Positions 14,501-29,500 of a DNA stretch of 64,000 nt are shown piece after piece. Source of the stretch: Lepidodermella squamata (taxonomy: Eukaryota; Animalia; Gastrotricha); contig JBLDXI010000003.1 of assembly GCA_047495785.1 (NCBI GenBank), positions 3,224,001 through 3,288,000 of the forward strand, in the 5' to 3' direction. The position numbers and the translations under genes are program-made. The notes beneath the pieces are model-generated. The model saw only the letters and a program-made list of their open reading frames with translations. It had not been told where the DNA came from and ran no database searches. Positions within the stretch are counted from its first letter, which is position 1, and each line of letters begins with the position of its first letter.

Positions 14501-17500
14501 GCGATGCCGATTGCCACCGCGATTGAACGTGGCCTGTTGAAGGCTGTGCCCATCGCGGCGCCGAATGACGAACCGGTTAACAACGACAGCCCGAGTGCTG
14601 ATTTGCAATTCGCGCTCGAGTCGATTCGTGACCCGGAAACCGGCGAGTTCATCTCAGTTGATGAGGCCATTGATCGCGGCATTTTGTCGGCTGATCTCGA
14701 CTCGTACCGTCTGCCGGATGGCACTGAAATTCCGTTGACTGACGCGATGAGTCTCGGCTACGTCCGGGCTGAATTGCTGCCGTCGAATGGAGTTGAAGAG
14801 GAAATTAAAGACGAACACGCTCTGGCTCAGCAAAATGGTATTGAGGCCAATGGAGGTATAAAATATAATAATTTTATTTTTTTCAATTTTTTATTAATTC
14901 TTAAAAAAATTTCAATTTTATTTCAGTTTTTCAATTTTTTTATATCAATTTTTTAATTTTTTATTAAGATTAAATTTATTTATTTTCAAAATTTGTTTGA
15001 ATTTTCATTTTTCGATATTTTTTAATTTTTAATTTTAATTTTCTAGTTGTGTCTCCTCGAAGCTCTGCTTCCAGCCATCGTCGCCCGCCTGTATTGTCAC
15101 CCTCTGATCACTTCTCCGATGCATCGAAGCCTCGAAGCTCTAGCGGTTCAAGCCATCGCACTCCGCAAGATGAAGAGGTAAAAAAATCGAAAAATTGAAA
15201 AAAATCTGCCTTAAAAAAATACTAATTTTTGCGCACATTATGAGTATTTTCATTATTATACGCACTTTTGTCTAAAATGTGGGTGTGTTATTGTTTTGTT
15301 GCTCATGTCAAATAGCTCGTCAAGACGTCGTATTTCAACGTCGACGACAATCAGCTGGTTGAAGGAGACCTGCCGGCCGAGCGTCAGTCGTCAGGCTTCA
15401 CGTCGAACACTAGCATTTTAAACACAACCACCACAACCATAGTCATATCAGATAAGCTGGTTAGGGAGCAGGATGACGCGGCTTATGATGATGATGATAG
15501 CTTCGAATTTTCGAGCGATTTCAACCGGGGTAGGGACTACCTAGAAACCCCGATAATACTCCAGTCTCTGGTCGAAGAGGATGAGGATAGAGTCTCGCCT
15601 ACCCAGGGTGGGCAGCATAGGCGATCCCCTAGCCCTAAGCGGTTGATTAGGTCGGGCAAGGTTGACATGCATGACGACGAAGAGGCGGCTACTTTCAGCT
15701 CATCTTCCGCCGCTGCGCAGGAGAAATCCGGCCAGCGGTCGGATAAGGTGAGCACCCTTATGGCTCAGCTACCTCTTCTCGGTAAAGTCCACGTCAGCAC
15801 AGTCTCCCGGCCTAGGACTGATTCGAACTCGTCAATGGACGACTCGTCTGAGGGCCAGTTTCAGGTAGCTAGGACATCGCTAACAGTTGACGAGGGGTTG
15901 TCTGATTACGGGTCGGCTAGGCGGGGCTCGGCGTATAGTGACGATACTAACTCACCATTTCTCGAGGCGGTCGACTTCCCGGCCGGGTCTAGCTTCGACG
16001 ACAGTTTCGAAGACGCTAGAACCGGCCTGTCGAGTCGAAACAGCCGTAGTGACGTCCGATCGCGGGGTAGAAGCCGTAGCCGTGAGAATATGGATGTCGT
16101 CAAATTCAACACGGAAATGGGGGCGTTGATCAACGAGGGGGTAGATATGCCGAGACCGGGTGTTCCCACCCTGACCGTTACCGAACCTGGTCGATCCACC
16201 TCGACCGATTTTCAGGACGATTGGGCTGAGACTGAGAGTGTGAGTATGGCCGATAGTGCCTCTGAGGGCGTTAGACCCCGCCCTGTTATCGACCACGGCA
16301 GTGACGCTCGGCGGCGCATGGTCACCAGCGGTTCGTTCGACCACTTCTTTAACCGCTCGCTGTCGTCTTTTATCGACGAAGAGGTAACAACAACAGGCGC
16401 ATTAACACCTGATATGCGGTTTGATGCCACCACCGTTTCTCTCACCATGGGCCCTGGCATTTGACAAATGAAAAAATAATGAATCATCCCACTAGTTTCC
16501 GTTAAATTTTAATTTACTATCATTATAATGGTTTTGGAGTTCACCTTAATTTATGTGATTCATTCACCCCGCAATATAATTCTCTACCTAAAAATTACCT
16601 GTTCACCTTTTGCTTAAATAATTTTTCGAAACCAATAATTTGAAAAAAATTGAAAAACTTGAATTTTTAAATTGAACTGAAAATTAATTTGCTTAATTAT
16701 TATTTTTCTGATTTTTTACAATTTTTTTTGTAATTTTCAGGATGTTGAGGAGTATCTAGATCACTTGATAACGCACATGCGAGCGCAGACGGCGTGGCTG
16801 AACGAGCAAGAGCGCGTGCTCGGCAATCAAGAGCCGATTTTCAACGGCGATGAAGATTTGATGCGAGACGCGCAGCAAGCGAACCAAAGCATAGCCGACG
16901 AAATCGCAAGCCGGCAGCAATCAGTCATCAGCCCGTTGCTCAACCAATGCCAGGCTATGCTCATGTCTCGAAGCCGCGGTTTGACCACCGATGCGCAACG
17001 TTCTGAGCTCGAGTCGAATTCTGAGCAGCTATCGAAGAAGGTCAAGGATGTTGGTAAAGAAGCGTCGGAACGCGCGAAATTCCTGTCGCAACTCACCGGC
17101 GAATTCAACCGATACGCTGGCGATGCTGGTCGGCTGCAAATGTGGCTGGCCTCGACTGAAACTCGCCTCGACGCGATTAAAGACATTAAATTGAACGAGG
17201 TGAAAGCGGTTCTAGAGAATTTGAAGCTCCTACAACAAGAGGGGCTATCAAAAGATGCCGATTTCAAATTCCTAAGCGCTACAGCCCAACGGTTGCTTAA
17301 AGCCCTGCGGAAGTACAACAAACAGCTTGAAACCTACTCTCATACTACCTTGAGGGCGCAATCCAAGGCCTTTGACCCGCAACAATTGGACGCGGTTGAA
17401 TTTAAGGAGGGTCACCGCCAGCTGTCCGAGAGCTACGCCGCCTTAATGGAAAAACTCTCGTCAACAATTCAATCGACTTCAACAGTTCTAAGCCGTTTGT

Positions 17501-20500
17501 CGTCGTTCGAAAACGAGAAGGGCCAAGTTGACCGGGCGCTGGGTGATGCGGAGAAGCAGGTCGTCGCCCTGACCCGAGGCTCCACCCCCCAGGCCGGGGC
17601 GGAGCAGCTGCGCGAACAGGCTGATAAACTTCGCCGTTTCTCGGCCGATGTCGCCGCGTCATGGCAGAATATCGATAAGCTGAAATCAGCCGCTGATGAT
17701 CTAACCGCCGCTGTTGAGCAAATGCAGGGCGTTAGCGTTGACTCGAACGAAATTGCGAAGATTCAATCGCTGCCGGGCGATGCCAGTGGTCGGTTGGCCG
17801 CTGTTCAAGACTCGGTCGCGCAACGTAGCCAACAGCTAGAAGCCGCGATTTTGCAGACTCAAGGTCTGGATGAACAAATCAAGTCCATCAATTCGTGGCT
17901 TCAAGACACGAAATTACGCGCGAATTCGTTTACGATCCCGAGTTCGACCGATAAATTGGCCCCGGCACTTGAGGCGTTCAAAATTATGAAGTCTGAATAC
18001 GACAACCGGCAGCCTGATGTCGCGAAGTTGGTCCAATCTATCGAGCAGGCCGTTGAGAAGTCGGGCAAGGACGTCGATACAGCTCAACTCGAGTTGAAAG
18101 CTCGTCAACTCTCGACCCAAAACTCGGAGGTTGGCTCGAAAATCGAAGCTCTAGGCTCAGATCTCGAAACAGCTGAGAAGGGCCTGTCCGATTTCGAAGT
18201 CGCGGTAGCCCAATTCAAGGATTGGATTACTGATACCAAGAAACTTCAAACCGACGACGATGCTGGAAAACGGCAACTTCTCGATAAGTTGAAGCGGGAG
18301 AAGGACGAAAAAATCGCGGAATTGGAGCGAATTCGCTCACTTTCCGGCAGTTTGTTGTCGATGAAGGGCGGTCTACTCGCCGACCCGGGTTCGATCCGGC
18401 AAAAGGTCGCCGACCTCGAGCAAAGCTGGCAACAAGCGTCGGTTTCAATCGACGAATCTGACCACAAACAGAGCCAGCTAGACGAATGCGGGCAGGAATT
18501 CACGAATTTGAACTCGAATTTCCAGAAATGGCTGGCTGATTTCGAGAATAAGGTCGAATCTCTGCCGCAATCCACCTTCGACCTCGAACAGCTCGAGCGG
18601 GTTGGCGATGACCTGGTCACCTTAATGGCTGATTGGGATGAGCAGCAACCCGCCCTTGACGAATTGATCGATATCGGAACAGCCTACGACGCTATGGTTC
18701 ACGGCGAACAGCCTTTAGCCACGAGTAAACGGATGAATCGGATTCGTCGAATTCGCTCCTCGAACCGGCTGACTGGAACGAAATCTCGTTCATTCAGCTC
18801 GTTGGTTGTCCTAGAACCGGGCATGGGTTCGACTGAATCGATGACCTCGGCCTTTGAGGAATCCGGATCAGCGGTGGAGCAGGAGTTGAGAAACGCGAAT
18901 TTCCGTTTCAGCACCTTAAAAGAGCGACTAACCGACCGCCGTAGTGAGGTAACAGCCCTCCTCGACGGAATTCGAAATTTCAAGCGTGATAACGGTGCGA
19001 TTGTCGACTGGTTATCAGCTCGCGAGGCTGAGTTGGGTAAGGAAGGCAGTGATCTGCCGAAATCACCTAGCGATGCCTCGAAATTGCTGAAACGCGAGGC
19101 GGAAACCGCTGAGGACGTTGTCGGCCGGCTTCACGAGCTAGCCAGTGTTCAACGCCGCGTGGAAGAACTCATGCGGAACTACCCGGCTAATAACGACGCG
19201 AGTCGCGAGGCGATTGTCGCCGATATTCGGTCGACTGACCGTAGAATGGCGGCTGTTCGCGAGGCTTCGACCGCGAAACGCCACAACCTCCAGGCGTTGA
19301 TTGATGACGACAAACGTTTCCACGAGCTGCATCGCAGTTTGATGTCTTGGCTGCAGCAGAAGGAGAAAATGCTGCTGGTTATCGGCCCGGTCACGGCTGA
19401 ACCCACCCTGGTTCGAAGCCAGTTGCAGCAGCTTGAGTTGCTGGCTGATGAACTAGCGGCTAGTCGACATGAGCTCGATCAGCTGAAGCAATTAGCTACG
19501 GCTCTTCGCCAACAATGCGACCCGGCTTCCGACTACAACAAACAGGTAATTTAAAAAAAAAAATTTAAATTTCAAATTTAAATTTTATAAATTAATTTAA
19601 AAAAATTTAAATTGTATTCAATATTTTCATATTTTTACTTTTTTTATTAATATTTAATTTTTTCGATGAACTTGACAATTTTAAAATGTCAACTATTTCG
19701 GAGTCTTCAATTTTTTATTAATTTTTTTCCAATTTTTCTCATGTTTTAAGGTCGAACAAGAAGCTGAGGCCGTTTCTTCAAAATGGACCTTGGTCGATTC
19801 TCGCCTGGCCGAAAAGCACGCTCTTCTGAAGAAACTGCTCGAAAAATCGGTTGGTTTCTACCAACGCCTGCAGTCTGTAGCCGACTGGGCCTCGTCCGCT
19901 CAATCGCGGCTCGAAGACCTAGCTGCAAGCGGCGAATCAGCCGCGGCTAATGAAGAAATCCTGGCTGGCTTGGACGCCGAACTGAGCGATCGCGAGTCGT
20001 CCCTCGCCGCTCTTCGCCAGGAATGCGACGCGCTGTACGAAGACGTCGGCGAACCAGCTGCCTCGTTCGATCTGAAAACCAAACTCGCCTCGGCCGAGCG
20101 GCCTATCAGCGAGGTCAGACGAAAGGTTCAAAACATGCGGCAAGAGGCTCAACGGGCTAATGCCGCCACAGCGAAGACGAAAGACCAGGTCAAACGGCTT
20201 GCTCAATGGCTGAATGACGTGAATAGCCGAATTGCGGCTGTTGGCGAGTTGTCAGGCCTCGAGGAGGTTGTCGAGCAGCAAATCACGCAGATCACGTCGA
20301 TTCAAGAGGAGCTCAACTCGAACGAGCACGAGGTCCGCCAGGCTGTTAAGGCGGCTCAAAAATTCGACGAAGCCACCGCGCAGGATGTGCGGCAACAAGC
20401 GACAAAACTTCGCCAAGATTTCGCGGCTGTCAACACCTCAGTCCAGGAAAAACTGGCGAAACGTCGCGGTTTGTTGAAGCAAATTCAAAAGTTCGCGGCT

Positions 20501-23500
20501 CTTGCTACTGGCCTGCAAACTTGGCTGGGCTCTTTGGAGCGAACCGCGCTAACCAACCGCGCCTATCCGACGAAAAAGGAGCAAATCAATAATTTGAAGC
20601 GCGAAATTAAGGCGATTCAAAACGAGTTGCTGCGCCGATCGCACGAGTTCGACGCGTTCTCGCAACTCGGCTCTGACATCTGCGCCGAAATCGCGACCGA
20701 TGCCGAGCATATCGAGCGCGTTATGGCCGATGTTAAAGAGCGGTGGCTGCGGCTGAACGGCGACGCTCAGGCCGAGTCGCAGCGCATCGACGATTTCCAG
20801 CAGGAACTCGCCGAAATTCTCGATCAAATGCAAGACGTTGCGACGAGCCTTGGCAAGTGCGAAGACCGTTACGCCGCTCATTTGGCGATGGGTAAAAATA
20901 CGGATAAAATCCAGGGCCTTCGCGATGAAGTCGTGCCGCTCATCACATCAGCGGCGAATCTCCTGCAATCTGTCACGAATTTCTGCAGCGAATACCCGCT
21001 GGAAAATCCGGATCAGTTGATCGAAGACGCAGCCGCCTTAAATCAGCGCTGCGACGATATGACTCGCCAAGTTGCGGATTCGATTGACAATTTGGAGCTG
21101 TCGGCGAAATTGGTGCGGAATTTCGAGCAGGTTTTGACGAGTTTCAGCTCGACTTTGGCTGAGGCTCAGGCCGAGTTGGACCACATCGGCCCGGTTGCTA
21201 GGGACATGCAGACCCTGCAGAATCAGTTCGAAGAAATCCGCGCTTTTGTCTCAAATCTCGAGGGCCAGGACGGCGTGTCTGAGGCGGAACGGCGTGGTCG
21301 GGAGTTGGTTGAGGGTGGTTACATGTCCCATGATAGCCCGTTGACTGGCCAACTGACTGGTCTAAGGCGGCAGTGGGACCAACTTCTCTCGGTCGCTGCT
21401 GACCGCGAACGTCGCGTCCTTGAAACAATGGGCCGGGTTCAGCAATTCCAAGAGCTGATCACCGACTGCCAGAACGGCATCAACGCGGCCGGGGTTGAAT
21501 TCCGAGCCCTGAAGCCGCCGGCTGGTGACGTTGCGAATATCCATAAATTGCAGGAAGACTACCAAACTTTCCACCGCGACACCTGCGAGCCGATGGACCA
21601 ACGTCTGGCTAGCGCTGTCAGACTTGGCCGCGAATTATCGGCGACCGCCGATCGAACTGTCGACGTGACCGCGCTTCAAACCGACATTGAACTAGTTCAG
21701 GACAAATGGAATGATCTGAAGTCGAAATTCGGCGACTACCAACAACGCCTCGACCAGGCCCTGGTGAAATCAGGCCAATTCCGAGACGCCCTCGCCTCAC
21801 TCTGCCACTGGTTGCTGGACACGGAACAGCTGATTGCGGCTCAGAAACCGCCGTCGGTTGACTACAACTTGATCCGAGCCCAGATGCAGGAGCAGAAATT
21901 GCTACAGCACATGTTGAGCGAGCGAGCGCCGACTGTTGATCAAATGTCGCGGATGGCTGAACAGCTGAGTGCCCAGGCCGAGCGTGGGGACCGCGAGAAA
22001 ATTCTCGAGGAAATGGGCTCGGCCCTATCGCGCTGGCAGGCTATCCTTAGCTCGGCTAACCGTCGCCAATTAGCGCTGGAACAAATCTATGACGAGGCGA
22101 AAATTTTCCACGATCGTTACAAACCGCTGTGCGACTGGCTCGAACGCGTTAATAACGACCTGGAAATCCTGAAGCCAATGGCCCTATCACCGGTCAAACT
22201 CAAGGAGAACATCGCGAAATATCAGGTTTGTTTATTTTCCTTATTACTTCGCACTTAGTAATACCCTGAGTATAATGGGGCTTTATTTCAAAAAATAATG
22301 TGAAATACAATATTATTATTACTTTGTATCACGTATACTGATATGGGCGGCTATTCTCGATCCACCTTAATGCATTGTTATATTTTTATTATTACCGTCT
22401 TTGTGCCGCTTGGCGCGCGCGCGCGTGTTGTATATGTATTTTCAATTTAATATATAATATCGCATTGGCGCGCTTCTGTTTGCGGTGCTTTTAGTCATTC
22501 CAGAGTACGTCGGCGACAACGAACATTATTGAACACCTCGGTATCTTCATTCTTCTGTTTCATCGCGTTTTGTTACTCGGGTTGTACAAGTAGTAATAAA
22601 TATATGTATATATGATAATAATTTATTATGTAGCATGTCAAGTGGCGGCTGTGGGACGAAGCAAACTGCGATAAACTCTTGCATAGCAATAATAATAATA
22701 TAATTTATATTATATAACCTTGTTGCGTCGCGAAAGCTTGTATGCCTAATATTATTAGAAGTACACATTTTGTTGCTCGTTGAGCGCGACAAATGGCGCA
22801 ATTACCGTCGCACAGGATTTTTTCGCCGTCTAACCCCGACTGGCATTTCGCAGTTCGCACGACCGTGCGCGCGCTTCTTCGCCATATCTTGATGGCTCGT
22901 TCACCTTTAGCGCGCGCGCGTTTAGCCTTGGCTGCAAAATTGCTTATAATATTATCCGCCATATAGTTTTGTAGTGTGTTTTTCGTAAAACAAAGGATAC
23001 GCATCTTGTGTTTTGTTTCCCGTATTATTTTAACCGAGTTATTTCTTCTTTCTACCTGTCAAAACGCTAGCGCAGCTGTTATATTATACACTTCCCACCC
23101 GCCGCCGCCACCACCACCACCGCTTGCCTTTCAAAGTTTTTAAGGCAGTTGTTTATCGTCTCGCTTTTGATATCATTTACGTGTGTATAACCAAGCAACC
23201 AGAGTTATTGTGGCGTAAACAATTTATTACTACTTACCTGGCTGCAAATTAGCTCCTACTTGTCTTTTCGCGTGCTGTTTTAGGCACGCTACCCATATCC
23301 AGATTTTTCGTGTTGTTTCTCACGTCCGCAGATTATCCGATTGATATCTTCTCGTTTTGTCTTGTCAGATTTTGGCGGCGCGTGCGCGATCTCTCGCTGC
23401 AAAAAATTTCGTTATTAAGCCTCGCTCTCATTCATGCGTAGTTTTACGATTATCAGCTCTGCACCATCAGTAGTTTTGTTGAGTTTTTTCTATACGCCTC

Positions 23501-26500
23501 ACAATCCGGTGCACAGCTTAGAAAAATCGCGATGACACTTCGTCAACAAAGCAGTTCATTCTCGCGAGCAATCATTTTCTGGGCTCTATACTGGCCATTG
23601 GGCTTGTTGGCCGTAGTCCTAGCGTATTGCGCAGAAGCTTGTAAGGCCATTCACCGCCATCTTGCGATTGTTATCGACCCGGCCGCGCCGCCACCCCCTA
23701 TTCAACCTGCTGTTGCTGATCAGCATTTGTCTAATCTGGACCTATTAGTTGAACTTTTTTACCAAATTATGCAAGCGGGCGCTGTTGCTCGCCTCGCTCT
23801 TACCGGCGAGTATCGAGGCCGTGTTCTACGAAGACCAGTATGTTTTATTAAACAAAAAATTAAGCTGGATTTTTTATGAATTGATTTTTTATTAATTTAT
23901 ATATGAAAAAAATTCGAGCACGTGTGATTTTTTTCGCGAACCACGAGGTTAAAAAATCTCATTTTTTCAGTCGACAAATTTTTTTCGATTATTTCTTCAA
24001 AAAATGATATGAAAGTCCACCCATAAGTGCGATGTATAAGCATAGAACATATAAGGAGGTATTCTATTTTTATTCAATTTTTCTTAAATTTTTATTTATT
24101 TTAATCAATTTTTATTATTTAACAGGCTCTTATGGCCGAAATGGAGCACCGAGCCGCCGAAACTCAGGAATTGGCGGACCGTGGCCGTGCTTTAGCCGAA
24201 CGAGCCCCGGGCGAGGACGCCGATGCCTTGGCCAATCGAATCGATGCGATGACGGATCGATTTGCGGCTGTTCGGGCTAAAGTCAACGACGGGCTCGCCA
24301 ACTGCCAGCAAGCACTTAACCCAGCTCAAGCGTTCACGGACGCCTTCTCGCAACTGAGCGCGTGGTTCGACCAGGTCGAGCCGATGATGCAACAACTCGA
24401 CGAACTGGACGAGCGGTCGGTTGACGATCTCCTGAAATCGCTACCTCGCCACGAAAATCAACTAGCTCAATTGATCGGCGCGAGTCAACCGCTGTTGGCC
24501 CTGTGCCAGGGTGCCGAACAGTCCGAGGCAGTTAAACGCGCCGTTGATACGGCCTCGAAGCGTTTGACGCTCATGTCGACGCAACTGCGCCGCCGCTCAG
24601 ACAAGATTCGAACCGCGAAAAACCAGGTCGATCTCATTTTCAGTGACATCGACGAATTGGTGTCGTGGTTCGAAGACGCGAACGACCGTTTGGCGGGCTG
24701 GTCGCACCTCCAGTCATGCGACGTCCAGACCCTACGCCAGGAAATGTCCGAACACCGAAGCCTGGCCGAAGAAATTCAGGGCCAAAAGGCTCATTTACGC
24801 GAAATCGCGTCTACAGTCAAGAGAATCGCGGCCGATTTACCGTCTGATGTCGATCAAGAATTAGCGCAACGCCTGCAAACCGCTCGCGATTTGTGCCAAT
24901 CCGTCTCGAAGCGGAACGGCGATTTGCTGTCGACTTTAGACCAGGCCATACCTCAGGCTGAGGTCTTCACCGAACTTCACGATGAACTGTCCACTTGGCT
25001 GGGCGATATTGAGTTCGAAATCAGCGACCTGGACGCTCAACCAGCCGCGGTTACGCCTGAGCGAATTCGCCAGTTGCGAACTGCCGTAGCGGCCTTGCGT
25101 CGCCAAATCACTGATGCGAGGCCGAAAGTTGACCGGCTGGTTAAGGCCGGGTCGCTTTTGGCTAGCCTGTCGTCGCCTCAAGTCGCTGAGGGCATTCGAT
25201 CTGTCTCGGATGAAGTCCGCAACAGGGTCGACGCCCTTCGCCAACGGCTCCAGATGCGGTCGTCCGATCTTGACAAAACCATGGAAGCCACAGTTGAGGT
25301 AAAAAAATCCTCCTTAATTTTTTTTAATTTTTAAAATTATTTAATAATTAAAATTATTCATTAATTAATCCTGATTAATTAATTTTTAAGGAGGAAGAAC
25401 AACAAAGAAAGGTAATTGAGGTCGATTATGGGTATCTTTCACTTAAATGAGAGGAGCTTGCGAGAAATGCCTGCAATTATCTGTTCTAGTATTCGAGACA
25501 TGTCCCCACCCGTCTCACTGTATAATACCAATTATTTACTCGTCTTCGTCATAATTATTATAAAGCCAGCAGTCACTTCTATATTTTTTTATGATTTTTC
25601 TGAAATTAATTTTTTTAATTAATTTTTAAGGTTTCCGAGCGATTGGATGCGGTGATGAATGTCCTGACCAAGGCGTGCGATAGGGTTGAAAGTGCTGAGC
25701 CGATTTCAGCGCAACCAGCTCGTCTCCGCGAGCAAATCGCAACAAACCGCCAACTGGTGGGCGAACTCGAGCGGCAACTCGATGCCTTGACCGCCGTGCG
25801 CCAGGCCGCTGAGGCGCTGCTGAGCCAGGCCCCGGCCTCGGCTGCCGACGACCCGGCTGTCATGGAACTTCGAGGCAAGGTCGATAAATTGGTCAATCAG
25901 TACGATAAATTGCGGCAGATCACAGCGGCGCGGGCTGATACGTTGGACGAGGCGCTTGATGTTAGCGAGCGATTCTGGGCTCAGTTGAGTTCGTGCCAGG
26001 AGGCGATTCGCGAAATCGAGGAAGAACTCGCGCAGCACTCGCAGCCCGGCCTCGAAATGAACGAGTTGGAAGACCAGCGGCAGTTGATTGACGAAGTCGC
26101 TGAGCACCTCGTCGCTACCCGGGCTGATCTCGAAATGTTCGGAACTGACGGCGCGAGGCTGGCGGATTTGGTCGGAAGCCAGGACAAACCGCTCGTGCAG
26201 CGAACTGTCGACGAGTTGGAACAACGCTTCGACTCACTAGTCGGGCAATACGAGACGGCTCAAAAGGCGATTGCTGCCGCTTACGAACGGACGCACGATT
26301 TCAACTCGAGGGTCGCCCTTGTTTTGGACCAGCTTAAACTCTGTGATGAGCAGTTCGAACTAATGGGCCGAGTCCCGGGTGATATCGATGCGGTTAAGGC
26401 TCAAGTCGCTCAGGTTAAGGACTTCCGCGAGGGGGTGATGTCCCTCAAGCCGAATATTGACGAATTGAAGAAAATCGGCGAGCAATTGCTGAACGCGGCC

Positions 26501-29500
26501 GGAATTTCGCCGGGTGAAGAACGAAGCCTGGCGATTACCGAGCCGCTGCAGCAGTTAACCTCTCACTGGGAGAAGTTGCTAGGCAACGGAGCGAGGCGAA
26601 GTGCGAAATTGGACCTCGCCCTGTTGGAAATGGGTTATTTCAACGAGGCGGTCGCTGAACTGACCGCGTGGCTTGAAGAGACCGAAAAACAGCTGGACGA
26701 CGCGCCGCCGGTTAGCGGCGACGCAACGGCGGCTGAGATTGAAATGACGAAGTTGCAACTGCTGCAGAACGATCTGGACCAGCATCGAGATGCGATGGAG
26801 AATGTCATGTCGGCGGCGCAGCGCGTTATCGCGTCTGAGGCTGGCGCGACCGCCGTTGATATGCGGCGCCGGTTGGATGAGATTGACGCGCAGTGGCGGC
26901 GAGTTTTGGCGAAGGCTCGCGATCGCCAGTTGTACCTGGACGGCGCGCTGAGAACTGCGTCGAATTTCCACGACGAACTCGATAAAGTCCTTGAAGATCT
27001 GTCCCAGGTTGATAGCCTGCTAGCAACCAGCCGGCCAATCGGCGGAACGCCCGAGTCTGCTAGTCAACAATTGACTGAATTCCTTTCGTTGCAAAACGAA
27101 TTGAAGCCCCTGCTAGCGCGGGCTATTGAGTTGAAGGAGGCTGGAGCCACCTTAACGAATTCAGCGACTGATACGGCTCAGGAGATTTTGGGCTATCAGC
27201 TCGAGCAGCTTGACCAGCGTTGTAGTAATATCAGCGAAAAATCAGCAGTCAAGCGGAAACAGCTTGAAGACGCCGTGCAGGGTGCGATTGATTTCGATGC
27301 GAAGCACGAGGCCTTCACCGCGTGGTTAAGCGAGGCGGAACGGTTGGTGGTCTCCAACAACCAGTCGCAGCCAGTCTCGCGGGCCCTGTCCACCTTAACC
27401 GTGCAACAGGAGGAGCATCGGAAACTACTCGCGTCTCTGGCTGAACAGGCGCAGAAGTTGAACGAGCTAGACGCGGCTGGTACCCATCTGCAGTACTTTG
27501 CCATTAAGCCGGACGCGATTCAAATCAAGAATATGCTACTAGCGGTTTCGCATCGTTGGGACAAGCTCAAGTCGAAGGTTGCGGACCGCACTGCGCAGAT
27601 TGATTTCGCTATGCGGGATGCTAAGCAGTTCTATGCCGATCAGAAGGAACTCTGCGACTATCTCGACGCGATTAAGGACAAACTAGCGGCGGAACCAGCG
27701 GCGACGGTTGATGAGCCGGAGCGCATCAGGGCTTTGTTAGCTCGCCAACGCGACATTTCGCGCCAGTTGGATGCGAAACAAGCGGCTTATGACGCGGTTG
27801 TACGCCAGGGAACGTCGCTGATTGACCGCTCGACTGAATCTGACCGTATGGAACTGCAAAATTTGGTCACTGGCCTCAAGGAACGGTGGGTAGACTGCCG
27901 GACAAGTTGCAGCGAAAGACAGCAAAAACTCGAAGATGTCCTATTGCTATCAGGTTCGTATCATAAAATTTTGAATTATTTGAAAAATTCGAATAATAAT
28001 TGAAAAATTGAGATTTAAAATTATTTTTTAAGAATTTAAATTTATTTTTGAAATTTTAAATTTTTTTGAAAAATTCTAAATTTCGTAAAATTCAATTTTG
28101 AACTAAAAATTAAAAATTAAAAATTTTTACAATTTTTTCAATTTTATATGAATTTTTCTAAAATTTTGGAAAAATAATTGGAATTTTAATAATTTTTTTT
28201 TCATTTTTCAGGACAATTCCGCGAAGCTCTTCAGGCTCTGCTTGAATGGCTCGGTCGTACCGAACCGTTGCTGTCGGACGAAACATCAGTGCGAGGCGAT
28301 TCGGATACCGTCGCGCGACTCCTCGACGAGCAGAATCTCTTTGAAGCCGAATTTGCGAAACGCGCCGTTATGGTCGACCAAGTCAAGCGCCAGGCCGTTC
28401 AAGTGCTGCAGCAGGGCCCCGACGGCTCGTTACCAGCCGACGGGCCGCGCCTCCAGTCGGAACTCGCCGATTTGGAAGCGACCTGGGCGAATGTGTCGAA
28501 ATTGTCGCAACAACGCTCGGCCCGCTTGGCTGAGGCGAAAATAGTCGCGGATAAATTTGCGTCGCTGAACCGCGGCCTGCTCGACTGGCTTCAGTCGGCG
28601 GAGAACCGCGTCAGGGCGCAGGGCCCCGTGCCGCTGGGTGACCGCGGCGAACTGGTCATTCAACAGGCCGATGTTCGCGATTTGTTGGAGCTCGCCGAGA
28701 CGAAACAGCCAGATCTGAACGAGGCGCAAGCTGTTGGCCGGTCGATTTTGGAACAATGCCACCCGGACGCTATCGTCCCAGTCCGCCACTGGATGACCGT
28801 ACTGCAATCGCGGTGGGAAGAAGTTGTCCCGGGCGTTCTAACTCGTCGCCTTCAACAACTGGACGAGGCGTTGTCGCAGCTTCAAATGTCGGAGCAGCTT
28901 CTCTCGGAACTGCTCGCCTGGCTAACCGGGGCTGAGGCGACGTTGAAAGCGCTGAACGAACAACCGATTCCGAATGACACGCAGGTTATTCAACAGCTGT
29001 TGAAAGAACACGAAGATTTCGAGTCGGAGATGAACAGCCGTAAGACGGATGTTGACAAGGTGACTAAAAACCAGCGTCGCCTCAACGCTCACCCGGCTGA
29101 AATGCTGGACCATTCAATCTCGCCGAACTTCCTAGCCGAGGGCGGTATGAAGCGAACGATTTCATCGACGCTGAAAACCGGCAAAGGCAAACCGGGCCAG
29201 CCGTCATCGGGCGGTATCAGCCTATCGGGTACCATGGGCAATCTGGCGAGCAATGAGCCGCGTTTCGCCGATCCTCAGGTCGATAATATGTACGCGACGT
29301 GGCGCCGAGTTTGGCTGTTGGTCGTCGAAAGACGGCGCCGTCTCATGGAGGCGCTCGAGTACAGCAAAGAGGTAAATTTCCGGCGAAATCAAATTTTTCA
29401 AAAATTCCACCTTAAAAATAGTTTTACGCACAAATTTCGCTTTCATTTCATTTAATTAATGTTATTTTTTGTAATAATTTCACTTATATCGAAAGATTGC

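Noticed and set aside
6410-14724. Many minus-strand ORFs across the plectin-repeat exons
   Set aside because: Antisense shadows of the repeated sense coding sequence.
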